Virus record (IMG/VR): IMGVR_UViG_3300014208_000024
Coordinates: 288,001 to 352,000 of that record
Source of the DNA: a virus
Lineage: Duplodnaviria > Caudoviricetes
Length of the DNA: 64,000 nucleotides
Strand: one strand, 5' to 3'
This document shows, piece after piece, positions 47,913-56,862 of the stretch; the first letter of the stretch is position 1; every line of letters starts with the position of its first letter. The translations under genes were made by a program, and so were the position numbers. The notes beneath the pieces were generated by a model. That model saw nothing but the letters and a program-made list of their open reading frames with translations, was not told the origin of the DNA and ran no database searches.

Positions 47913-48815
47913 ATGTCGTATGAAATCGTATATTTAAAGCAGTTCATCAAAGCTGAAAAAGATAACAAAACTGTTTTCTTTCCAATGATTTACGGAGGTT
48001 CAAATAACTGTATTCAGTTTGACCGCTCAAGTAGGGGCAGACGTGAAAGAAGCTGGTTTTTAATGACACACATACTGGAAGGAAAACGTTTCGGTACGAT
48101 GGAAGAAATGTTAAAAAGGGCAGATCAGGAAAGAGAAGGTGTAATTAAAAGAAACAAAGAAAGCAATGAACATTACAGGGCTGAAGGAAATGAAAGCTGG
48201 TGTTCAGAATACTCTGATAAAAGTTTTGGCTGGTTTACATCATTGGCAATTGGCGGAAGTACCTCAAACACTTCCTTTGGAAAATACAAAGGTTTGTTTT
48301 CTATTGGTTGCAAAAAAGCCCTGACGGTTGAAGAATTAAAAGAATTTCGTGTTAATGTAAGAATTCATTCTTATGTATATGACGACAAAAAAAGAGAAGC
48401 ATTTGAAGCACTGGGGAAAAAAGATATAAATTTCATACCCCAAACTTCCGCTGAACTACTCGAAAAATTAGATGAGTTTGATGAATACCTGAAAGATACT
48501 CCTTATGTTTTTATGTATGTTACAATTGATGCAAATGAATCTACAATGAAACGTATTCTCAGGGAAAAATTTCCCACAAAAAAACACGTACCTGAATACA
48601 AAGAGGTTGATAAATATTTTGTGATGCACATTGTTAATTACGGATATTTTTATGATTCTAAAAGATATGGGTTTCGTTACACTCCCTATCAAAATTCAGG
48701 AAAAAGATTTGCTTCCCAAAAAGCTGCTGAAAGATTTCAAAAAAGATTTGCACAAAAACATTCTTATACAACTGTAATTGAAACAGTAAACGAAAAAGCA
48801 AAGGTGAAAGTATAA
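47913..48815 (+). CDS. Hypothetical early protein
   Basis: 300-aa ORF with own promoter. Confidence 0.7.
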   Translation: MSYEIVYLKQFIKAEKDNKTVFFPMIYGGSNNCIQFDRSSRGRRERSWFLMTHILEGKRFGTMEEMLKRADQEREGVIKRNKESNEHYRAEGNESWCSEYSDKSFGWFTSLAIGGSTSNTSFGKYKGLFSIGCKKALTVEELKEFRVNVRIHSYVYDDKKREAFEALGKKDINFIPQTSAELLEKLDEFDEYLKDTPYVFMYVTIDANESTMKRILREKFPTKKHVPEYKEVDKYFVMHIVNYGYFYDSKRYGFRYTPYQNSGKRFASQKAAERFQKRFAQKHSYTTVIETVNEKAKVKV

Positions 48816-48874
48816 CGATCTCTCCCTCTTTTTTAAATAATTTGCTTTATATAATCAAATCAAAAACAAACATT

Positions 48875-49276
48875 ATGAAACTCACTTTAATAAAAGATTT
48901 AAAAGCACCCCGTTGGGCGCACGTTGTAACTACAATTAAAAAAGGAACAGAGGTAGAATGTTCAATACAGAAAAATGGTGATGTTTTTGTGGAACATCAA
49001 ACACTCAAAGGTATCAGCATCATTGTTGAAAAAGAAAAAAGATCAAAATACTTTCTTGAAAACCCAAAATCTCCCCAAAAGAAAGTTGTGAAGAAAACTT
49101 ACAAACTTTGGATTACAATTGAAGAACACACAGAGTTTTCCGATGGTTCTGATAAGTACAGGGATATGAAAGAAGAAGATACAAGATCGCTGGGAACATT
49201 TTCAACAGTGGAACTGGCAAATGAACACATGAATTTTATGGGGGATAATCACCAAAGTGATGGAGATGTTGAATAA
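48875..49276 (+). CDS. Hypothetical early protein
   Basis: Start ATG 48875. Confidence 0.6.
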   Translation: MKLTLIKDLKAPRWAHVVTTIKKGTEVECSIQKNGDVFVEHQTLKGISIIVEKEKRSKYFLENPKSPQKKVVKKTYKLWITIEEHTEFSDGSDKYRDMKEEDTRSLGTFSTVELANEHMNFMGDNHQSDGDVE

Positions 49277-49375
49277 AAATTTCTCCCACTTTTCAAAATA
49301 ATTTGCTTTATATAGCCAACATATTAGCCAATATCAAAAGAAATTAAACAAAATAGATAATATATTATCCAAAAT

Positions 49376-49804
49376 ATGAAAACAATTTTAATTCTCTCAA
49401 TTTTACTTCTCTCCCTGAATATCTTTTCACAAACTGTTTCTTATAAAGATATAACAGTAATTTCCCATTGTGACACTCTTAATGAGAAATGGCTCGACTG
49501 CAGTTCAACAGTTTTTTATAAAGGAACAAAAACAAACAATTCAAATCTATTCAATAAAGATTCAATTGTTTTACTCGAAAGATTGAATGAACAAATTAAA
49601 AAAGAATTCATTTCTAATTTGGAAGATTTCCCCGACTGCCTTAATGGAGTTTCTCTCCCTAATAGTTTCCCCCTAAATGAAATGAATGTTTTTATAGAAA
49701 AACCTGATATGATATTTGATATAAAGTTTGCGCAAATGGATTGTTCAAAAGCAAATATTCGTATTCGTATTCCTTTAAATGAAATTGATTTGTATCTGAG
49801 ATAA
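49376..49804 (+). CDS. Exported protein with signal peptide
   Basis: MKTILILSILLLSLNIFS-Q typical Bacteroidota signal peptide. Confidence 0.65.
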   Translation: MKTILILSILLLSLNIFSQTVSYKDITVISHCDTLNEKWLDCSSTVFYKGTKTNNSNLFNKDSIVLLERLNEQIKKEFISNLEDFPDCLNGVSLPNSFPLNEMNVFIEKPDMIFDIKFAQMDCSKANIRIRIPLNEIDLYLR

Positions 49805-49850
49805 TCCCACTTTTTCAAATAATTTGCTTTATATATAAAACAAAAAGATA

Positions 49851-50105
49851 ATGAAAAAACAGATTATTGATGAATGGCACTTTTTACCTGAACTCCCAGA
49901 AGAGTGTGAAGAAGTTCTTATTGCAATTAAATATGAGAAAATTCCTATACAAGCTTATTTGATGGGAGGCAAATGGAAAATGTCTTTTGAATTAAAAAGC
50001 TGGTTACAGGATAAAGAATCTGTTAATCCATTATTAGAATGTGAAGAGTTTGTATATGCTTGGAAAAAACTTCCTTCTGTTCCTGATGTTCCAGATCCAT
50101 TTTGA
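49851..50105 (+). CDS. Hypothetical early protein (DUF551-like pattern)
   Basis: W....ELPE....VL...V.AW..LP. Confidence 0.55.
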   Translation: MKKQIIDEWHFLPELPEECEEVLIAIKYEKIPIQAYLMGGKWKMSFELKSWLQDKESVNPLLECEEFVYAWKKLPSVPDVPDPF

Positions 50106-50180
50106 AAATAAATTTAAAACTTAATTATTTGTTAACCTTATGTTAACGTAGTTATCTTTTATTTAAGTATTTATAGGCAA

Positions 50181-50387
50181 ATGAAAACAAAAATTATATT
50201 ATTATCTTTTATTTTATTTTACTCATGCAGTTCAACTGTTCATGTTTATAATTCTAAAAAACCATATTCTTTAGCAAAAGATATTAATTCAGAAATCATT
50301 TCAGAATTTTACAAAAAAGACACAAACGGAATTTCAAAAAAGATTTATCTATTAGACCAAAAAAATAACCATACGCCCCACAATTAA
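50181..50387 (+). CDS. Small putative lipoprotein
   Basis: MKTKIILLSFILFYS-C lipobox-like. Confidence 0.5.
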   Translation: MKTKIILLSFILFYSCSSTVHVYNSKKPYSLAKDINSEIISEFYKKDTNGISKKIYLLDQKNNHTPHN

Positions 50388-50471
50388 TTGGTCATTGTGG
50401 CAAACGGTGAGTTATTCTTTTTTGGAAATTCTAAATTAATTTAAAAATATTTAAAAATTTATTTGCTTTTT

Positions 50472-50497
50472 TGTAACCTTTTTTATATCTTTGCGTA
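50472..50497 (+). promoter_or_regulatory. Overlapping ECF-type and host TAnnTTTG promoter upstream of the tRNA cluster
   Basis: TGTAAC-N16-CGTA containing TATCTTTG at 50486-50493. Confidence 0.65.
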
Positions 50498-50624
50498 TAG
50501 ATGATTGGAAACAGTGGCAATCAAAAAGGGTTACTTCGTAAAATTCATAATTTTTATCTAAAGCACCCTCTGAATCTTACCCTGTTTTTTGATTTTAAAA
50601 ATTTTTGACTATTTAATAATATAT

Positions 50625-50697
50625 TGCAAGGTAGAGCAGTAGTTAGCTTGCGGCGCTCATAACGCCGAGGTCGTCGGTGCAAATCCGACCTTTGCAA
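50625..50697 (+). tRNA. tRNA-Met(CAT), fMet-like; CCA not encoded
   Basis: Cloverleaf TGCAAGG/CTTTGCA, GAGC/GCTT, CGGCG-CTCATAA-CGCCG, GTCGG-TGCAAAT-CCGAC. Confidence 0.9.
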
Positions 50698-50845
50698 CAA
50701 AGAAAAAATAAAAATGAAAGTTAATTTTAACATAGAGGAAAGCGAGGAACGTTTACTGAAAAGTATCCCTGCTAAAACTATGTAAAAGTACTGAAAAAGT
50801 AATTTGAAAAGAGGGATGCGAAAGTTTCCCTCTTTTTTTATTTAT

Positions 50846-50917
50846 GCCCTGTTCGTATAGAAGTCAGTACAACGGTTTTTCAAGCCGTAAAGGAGATAGC
50901 ATAATTCTCACAGGGTA
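50846..50917 (+). tRNA. tRNA-Glu(TTC) with non-canonical T-arm
   Basis: GCCCTGT/ACAGGGT, ACGGT-TTTTCAA-GCCGT, GAGAT-AGCATAA-TTCTC. Confidence 0.75.
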
Positions 50918-50924
50918 CAAAAAC

Positions 50925-50996
50925 GCTCGGTTCTTCTAACAGTAAGGATACCGCTCTTTCACAGCGGAGATACGATAGCATAATTCGTACCGAGTT
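50925..50996 (+). tRNA. tRNA-Glu(TTC) with non-canonical T-arm
   Basis: GCTCGGT/ACCGAGT, CCGCT-CTTTCAC-AGCGG, ACGAT-AGCATAA-TTCGT. Confidence 0.8.
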
Positions 50997-51006
50997 CAAG
51001 TGTTTG

Positions 51007-52131
51007 TTATTTTACAACTAATAACTTATAACGTAAACCATTATAAGTCGAAGAACAACTTAAAGAACAAAATTTACTTTTTGTTTCTTTTCCACATTGC
51101 AAACAATTATTCATCTTTTTTTGCTTACCTGAAAAATTTCTTAAATTAGCTGCTCTCCCCGAACATTCCCTACTACAATAATCGTTTTTTGCAGGCTTAC
51201 CACAAACTTTACATATATTTTTCTTTTCATTATATGGATTTCCTTCGTATAGTTTTACAAAATCACTTCCGTAAGTTTCTTTTACATATTTAAAAATCTC
51301 CCCCAGGTCTTTTTTAAACAACACTCTAAGTTTATGCGGAAAACTCTTAAATTTAGCATCATCATTTTTTCTTTTAAATCCTTTTATTTCGTAGTAAATT
51401 TCTTCTTTAATAAAATCAGGGTAATACTTATGAGTTTCCCCTTCGTAAAAATAATCAAACCCCTCAGTATTTCTTTTAAATTCAATTTTATGATCAATAT
51501 TGTAAATTATCCAAGCAAGCTCATAGCTGCTTCCACAATAAAATCCTTTATACCATCCGCTCTTACTGCGTCCAGATCCTTCTCTAATTCCTCCTCCACC
51601 ACATTTTCTAAACTCTGCATTTTTATCATTATTATAGCATTCTTTAGAACAATATATTTTTTTAGTTTTACAAGGTAAAACTTTAAATTCCTTTTTACAT
51701 ATAGGACATTCTTTTTTTATTAATTCCCTCTCTGAAATTTTTCGTCTTACCTTAAAGTTTTTTATTCTTGACTCTTTTGCTTTTTCAGAATTTTTAATAG
51801 ATTTACTAATATTTTCTTTTGTTTCTTTTGTTTGTTTTCTGCTATGTGCACAAAAAGAAGAACAAAACTTTTTTTCATCTTTCCCAGAAACTGTTTCAAA
51901 TTCTTTATTACATTTGGGGCATGTTTTTTTAATTACTTTATTTTTTAATTTTTCACTGGCACATATAACAGAGCAATAATTTCCATTAGCAAGGTATTTC
52001 GGACTTAAAATAGTAGACTTAATATAATGTTTAGTTTTATAAAAAGTTTTACCACACTCTAAACATTCAATTGGTAACAAGTCATTAGACTTAGCTAAAT
52101 TTAGTTCTTCATCTGTAAATAGTTGTTTCAT
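51007..52131 (-). CDS. Zn-finger-repeat endonuclease (TnsA-N/PD-(D/E)xK-like)
   Basis: C..C.K.F...K.CS..C repeats; SSYEL...YYPDF...YEIKG; TATTTATA upstream on the minus strand. Confidence 0.75.
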   Translation of the reverse strand: MKQLFTDEELNLAKSNDLLPIECLECGKTFYKTKHYIKSTILSPKYLANGNYCSVICASEKLKNKVIKKTCPKCNKEFETVSGKDEKKFCSSFCAHSRKQTKETKENISKSIKNSEKAKESRIKNFKVRRKISERELIKKECPICKKEFKVLPCKTKKIYCSKECYNNDKNAEFRKCGGGGIREGSGRSKSGWYKGFYCGSSYELAWIIYNIDHKIEFKRNTEGFDYFYEGETHKYYPDFIKEEIYYEIKGFKRKNDDAKFKSFPHKLRVLFKKDLGEIFKYVKETYGSDFVKLYEGNPYNEKKNICKVCGKPAKNDYCSRECSGRAANLRNFSGKQKKMNNCLQCGKETKSKFCSLSCSSTYNGLRYKLLVVK

Positions 52132-52268
52132 AATTTTGTTTTTCTATAAATAGTTAGAAAAAATAAAATCAATCAAAAAATATAAGTTCGATTTTCTAAC
52201 CAATTACACTCCCTCCACTTTTTCAAAAAATTCGCTTTATATACTCACAAACAAAAAAAATAAATTTT

Positions 52269-52613
52269 ATGGCAAAAGTATTTAACGCACCTGCGGAACT
52301 TAAAGTTCCTGATCTCAATTGGAAAGACATCCCACAGTATCATAAAGACTGTGATAAGTATTTTGAAGATTTGAAAAAACTTCTGATCGAAAAGTACAAA
52401 CGCACTGGCGCAAACGTTGGGGAAATAATTAAATTCCCTGTTGCTGATGGTTATGCTTTATATATGGTTGCAGGAATGAAACCTGTTGAATTGATACATA
52501 TTGAGATCGGTGATGCTTGGCACTTTCAGTATGCCAATCGTCTTACGGCAAAAGATGTTCAGCAAAAAATTGATCAGGAAAAGGCTCTTGCGAAATTGTT
52601 CTCCAAAAAGTAA
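52269..52613 (+). CDS. Hypothetical early protein
   Basis: Own promoter; GEIIKFPVADGYA.YMV. Confidence 0.65.
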   Translation: MAKVFNAPAELKVPDLNWKDIPQYHKDCDKYFEDLKKLLIEKYKRTGANVGEIIKFPVADGYALYMVAGMKPVELIHIEIGDAWHFQYANRLTAKDVQQKIDQEKALAKLFSKK

Positions 52614-52621
52614 TTTAAAAA

Positions 52622-52701
52622 GGGTGATTAACATTAATGCAAGAACAGTATTCTTGAAATAGAAGTAACGCTGCGTGTGGGTTCGATTCCCACATCACCC
52701 A
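52622..52701 (+). ncRNA. tRNA-like element or degenerate tRNA
   Basis: Perfect acceptor stem GGGTGAT/ATCACCC and T-arm GTGGG-TTCGATT-CCCAC; D-arm and anticodon loop non-canonical. Confidence 0.55.
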
Positions 52702-52749
52702 CTTTTCCAAATAATTCGCTTTATATAGTCATAATCAAAAATAAACATC

Positions 52750-53271
52750 ATGAAAATAGAACTTAAGAATGTGAAAATTAGCGAAAGCTTAAGTGAAGAA
52801 ACTACAGCTTTTACAGCCGACATATTTGTGAATGGGAAAAAAGCGGGATATGCAAGAAACGACGGCAGAGGAGGGTGCACTGAATATCACTCATTTCCTG
52901 AAACAAGAGAATTGTTTGATAAAGCTGAAAAATTTGCTTTGACACTTCCAAAAAAGGTTGAGGAATTTAACGGGAAAATATACGAGTTCAATTCAAATTT
53001 AGAACTTATTATTGATAACATAATTGAGAACGTTCTCAAAGAAAAAGACAAAAAGAAACTTGAAAAAGCTTGTCTTAAAGGAATATTTAAAGGAAATACA
53101 TTTGATTATTCAGGCGTTTCTTACAAACTTCCCCTGAAAGATATTGTTAGAATTCATAAAGAAAAAGGTGTTGCACATCTTCAGGGGGCTTACAACAAAA
53201 TGAAGTCTGAACTTAAACAAGGAGAAAAAATACTAAATACGAACTTAGAAGAATTGGGGATTATACTTTAA
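52750..53271 (+). CDS. Hypothetical early protein
   Basis: SEET.AFTA.I...G...G.A.NDG.GG; own promoter. Confidence 0.7.
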   Translation: MKIELKNVKISESLSEETTAFTADIFVNGKKAGYARNDGRGGCTEYHSFPETRELFDKAEKFALTLPKKVEEFNGKIYEFNSNLELIIDNIIENVLKEKDKKKLEKACLKGIFKGNTFDYSGVSYKLPLKDIVRIHKEKGVAHLQGAYNKMKSELKQGEKILNTNLEELGIIL

Positions 53272-53300
53272 TCCCCCGTTCTTCTTTAAAGTTATTTTAT

Positions 53301-53609
53301 ATGGCACAGCATTATGAATTAAAACGGCACATCGAGCCTAAGATCTTTAAAAGCGTAGATCGGGTTGCTGAATATTATGTAAGAGCATCAAAGTATATCA
53401 CACGCTATTTAAATGATTATACAGAGGAGGTTGTATATAAGAAGAAGACAACCAAACTCCCCGACGAATATAAGATCTTTGCAGAGGATCACCTCGTTTT
53501 AAAAGTTGGGAAATATGATCTTCAAGAAACCAAGGATCTCTTTGGATTATATCTCGAATGTCATATCGATGAAAAAGGGAAAGTACTTTCTATCTATATT
53601 GTAATGTAA
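53301..53609 (+). CDS. Hypothetical protein
   Basis: ORF. Confidence 0.55.
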   Translation: MAQHYELKRHIEPKIFKSVDRVAEYYVRASKYITRYLNDYTEEVVYKKKTTKLPDEYKIFAEDHLVLKVGKYDLQETKDLFGLYLECHIDEKGKVLSIYIVM

Positions 53610-53669
53610 AAACTCTCCCCCACTTTTTCAAAAAATTTGCTTTATATAGCCATAACGAAAAACTTCATC

Positions 53670-53870
53670 ATGGAATATGTAATAAAACTTTTAAGATATG
53701 ATTTGGAATGCCTATGCGAAGATTTATCTTCATCTGAGATAAAATTAAATATTTCAGTAAAAAACAAAATTGAAGATAATATAAAATTTTATTCTGAAGA
53801 AATAAAAATACTTTCAACAAACATTGAGCAGGTGAAAAAAGCTATTAAAATTTTAACTGACAAAAAATAA
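53670..53870 (+). CDS. Small coiled-coil protein
   Basis: Start ATG 53670. Confidence 0.55.
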   Translation: MEYVIKLLRYDLECLCEDLSSSEIKLNISVKNKIEDNIKFYSEEIKILSTNIEQVKKAIKILTDKK

Positions 53871-53927
53871 CAAATCCCACTTTTTCAAATAATTTGCTTT
53901 ATATAGTCATAACAAACAAAAAATCAA

Positions 53928-54113
53928 ATGGAAAAAGAACTTGGAATTGGCGTTGTAACAGATAAAGGGACTGTCATGGATATTGATGTAAGTTATAAGC
54001 CTAAAATTAAAGGCCAAACAATTTATTATGTTACAAAAACTCCTGAAAAATATGCAAAAGGAGTAAATTGTGGAATATGGAAGTTGAAAGAAGAACTTGT
54101 TTTACTTCAATAA
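53928..54113 (+). CDS. Small hypothetical early protein
   Basis: Own promoter. Confidence 0.55.
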   Translation: MEKELGIGVVTDKGTVMDIDVSYKPKIKGQTIYYVTKTPEKYAKGVNCGIWKLKEELVLLQ

Positions 54114-54207
54114 TAAATCCCACTTTTTCAGAAAATTCGCTTTATATACTTGTTAATGTAAAAAAAAATAAATAACTTTGCTAATTATTAACTAAATTTT
54201 TTTAAAA

Positions 54208-55020
54208 ATGGGATACAATAGTGAGTTCAAAGGGGGCTTCCTCCTTAACAAAGCATTGGACGATGTAACGTTCAATTTCTTAAATAAATTGGCCAACACT
54301 CGCAGAATGGCCAGAAAAGTAGATGCCAAATATGGTGTCCAAGGTGAATTTTATGTTGACGGCACAGGAGATTCTGGCCAAGGACGTGAACCAAATGTTA
54401 TTGATTTTAACGTAGCTCCAAGAACACAGCCAGGTTTATGGTGCCAGTGGGTTCCTACAGAAGATCGCAGAGGCATTGAGTGGGACGGTGGAGAAAAATT
54501 TTATGCCTATATTCAGTGGATTGAATATATTATTTCCAAAGTTCTTGCCCCCAGAGGATATGTTCTCAACGGTAATGTAAAATGGAGAGGTGAAGATTTT
54601 GATGACACTGGTGTTATTGAAATCCATGACAACATGGTTCAGGGAAAACGTTTGATTGTGGATTATTCAATCAACAAACTTTTGGGGGCTGTTGGCGCTT
54701 CTACTGGTGTAAAAAATTCCACTCCATCTGTTTCTACCAATAACAAACGCAAAGCTGGTGTAAGACCTGATGGAACAAAAACAAAACATCAGATTTACAA
54801 AGAGAAGCAAGAAGCTGCAAAAAAACTTCTTGAAGATCAGATTGCAAAATTAGAAGCTGATCTGAAAGCTGCAGATGAGGAGCTGAAAAAGAAAAAAGTA
54901 GCAATTACAAAGAAGCTGACCGTAAATGATGTTGTTCTGGATCAGATCAGGAAAAAAGCTGAATTTGGAAGTACACTGGAAGATTTCAAAAAAACACTGA
55001 GGAATTTACTGGAAGATTAA
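54208..55020 (+). CDS. Phage protein with PGLWCQW...WDGGEKFY domain and coiled-coil tail
   Basis: Own promoter; long ORF. Confidence 0.7.
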   Translation: MGYNSEFKGGFLLNKALDDVTFNFLNKLANTRRMARKVDAKYGVQGEFYVDGTGDSGQGREPNVIDFNVAPRTQPGLWCQWVPTEDRRGIEWDGGEKFYAYIQWIEYIISKVLAPRGYVLNGNVKWRGEDFDDTGVIEIHDNMVQGKRLIVDYSINKLLGAVGASTGVKNSTPSVSTNNKRKAGVRPDGTKTKHQIYKEKQEAAKKLLEDQIAKLEADLKAADEELKKKKVAITKKLTVNDVVLDQIRKKAEFGSTLEDFKKTLRNLLED

Positions 55021-55081
55021 ATTCCCACTTTTTTAAATAATTTGCTTTATATAGTTGTTAGATAAATTAAAACTTAAGAAA

Positions 55082-55708
55082 ATGAAAGACGTAAAAGAGA
55101 TGAGTAAGAGTGCAATAGCCGATTTGGAATTGGTTAACGCCATCAAAAGTGAAGACAAAAGAAAATCAGAAAAGGCTTTTTCTCTGCTGTTTAAAAAATA
55201 CCATGATACTATGCTGTTTCACTTCAGGGGATTGGTAAAAGATGAAGAAGATGCAAAAGAAATTGTTCTCGAAGCTTTTGTAAAAGTAAGTTCAAACATT
55301 GAAAAATTCAATCAGGATTCCGCTGTGTTCAGCACATGGTTATTCAGACTTACACAGAATCTTTTCATCGATAAACTGAGAAAGAAAAAAGATGATGTTG
55401 TTTCTCTTAGCGACATGGCTACATATGACGAAGATAGCCATACTTTCGAGTTCGACTTTGAAGATTGTGATGGAACTCCTGAATCTAAAATACTGGATTC
55501 AGAAAAAGAAAGAAGAGTAAATGAAGTTCTTTCAAAAATGGAAAATCAGGAACTTGCCGAAATGATAAAAATGAGATATTTCCAAGGTCTGTCATACGAA
55601 GAAATCTCTAATGTTACGGGTAAACCTTTGGGAACTATAAAAGCTTTTATCTTCAGAGCAAAACAATTTCTGAAAAAAGACCTTAAAAGAGCTAAATTAA
55701 ATTTTTAA
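55082..55708 (+). CDS. ECF-family RNA polymerase sigma factor
   Basis: AF..LF.KY, DA.EIV.EAF.K, FSTWLFRL..NLFID.LRK (region 2), RYFQGLSYEEIS...G.PLGTIK..IFRA (region 4). Confidence 0.92.
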   Translation: MKDVKEMSKSAIADLELVNAIKSEDKRKSEKAFSLLFKKYHDTMLFHFRGLVKDEEDAKEIVLEAFVKVSSNIEKFNQDSAVFSTWLFRLTQNLFIDKLRKKKDDVVSLSDMATYDEDSHTFEFDFEDCDGTPESKILDSEKERRVNEVLSKMENQELAEMIKMRYFQGLSYEEISNVTGKPLGTIKAFIFRAKQFLKKDLKRAKLNF

Positions 55709-55776
55709 AATTCTACTTGATAATTTTTAAAGAAATCCTTATATTTACTTATAAGGATTTTTTTTTATTTATTATT

Positions 55777-56283
55777 ATGGTACCACAACAAGCAGGCCGT
55801 CCCCTCACTCCAGCAGAAAAGAAACAATATCTTTTGGCCAAATACACAAAGAGAGACTACAATGTAGGTGATTTAGAAAGTTGTAAAAAATATGCAGTAT
55901 ATTTTTGTCCAAATTTGGAACTTGTAAAAGAATGGAAATTATTACATGTATGTGGGAATCTGAATGAAGCAAAACAACAGATTTTTTGGAGAAAACAATA
56001 CATGAGTACAAAGGATGGGGATTTAATTATAGATAATTGTGAAGATTTTAAGACATGGAGAGATGAAACAAAAAATGTTGACTCTAACGGGAATGCTTAT
56101 GAGCCAGGAGAAGAATTAATGAAAATTGATTATAATGCTCCAGGAAATATGATTCAGGTAATAGCAAGTTCGACTCCAGCTCAACAAAATTCTAATGGAT
56201 TCAAAGGATTTGGGTTTTATACAGGAATTGAGATTGGAAATTATCAAGGTTTTTATAAAATTGAGGAAATTTACGAAGTATAG
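55777..56283 (+). CDS. Hypothetical protein
   Basis: Start ATG 55777, downstream of the sigma gene. Confidence 0.6.
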   Translation: MVPQQAGRPLTPAEKKQYLLAKYTKRDYNVGDLESCKKYAVYFCPNLELVKEWKLLHVCGNLNEAKQQIFWRKQYMSTKDGDLIIDNCEDFKTWRDETKNVDSNGNAYEPGEELMKIDYNAPGNMIQVIASSTPAQQNSNGFKGFGFYTGIEIGNYQGFYKIEEIYEV

Positions 56284-56340
56284 TAAAATAAACTCCCACT
56301 TTTTCAAATAATTTGCTTTATATAGTCAAAAGTTATTAAT

Positions 56341-56802
56341 ATGAAAAAAATTATTGAAGCTACGTATCATTTATTGTTCTTTAAAACTTATACCCACTTT
56401 TCAAGGTGGTTTGAAATTAGTAGCGGCATACTTGTTTGGTTAAATATTGCATTATTAGTTTGTATAATGAGTGGATGTGTAAAAGAAGGCCCCAGTGGAT
56501 ATGCAGAAATTTCAAGTGTTGAAGAACAGGAAAAATATGAAGTCAGTCATGATTCAACTTGGTCCAATGCTGATTCTATTGAATATGGTTTACTTCCAGT
56601 TTGGTATAAAGTAAAAAATACTGGCTTCGGAGAAATACATAAATATTCCATAACATTCGCTGTACTTCTTACAAATGGAAACTATATATACACTGAATCT
56701 TTTGGTACTGGAGTTAGAGATTATTCAACATCTTTAATATACATAGAAACCAACGGGCAAGAAGCGCAAGATGTTTTAATAACCAATCTTCAAGTTGAAT
56801 AA
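56341..56802 (+). CDS. Putative membrane protein or lipoprotein
   Basis: Hydrophobic stretch ending in SGC. Confidence 0.55.
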   Translation: MKKIIEATYHLLFFKTYTHFSRWFEISSGILVWLNIALLVCIMSGCVKEGPSGYAEISSVEEQEKYEVSHDSTWSNADSIEYGLLPVWYKVKNTGFGEIHKYSITFAVLLTNGNYIYTESFGTGVRDYSTSLIYIETNGQEAQDVLITNLQVE

Positions 56803-56862
56803 TTTGTTTTATCAACAAAATAATTACTTGGTTTTAACTTTTTTGTACTATTTATAAATAAA

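Noticed and set aside
50846-50917. tRNA with TCA (Sec/opal suppressor) anticodon
   Set aside because: The stem only forms with loop TTTTCAA, which gives a TTC anticodon.
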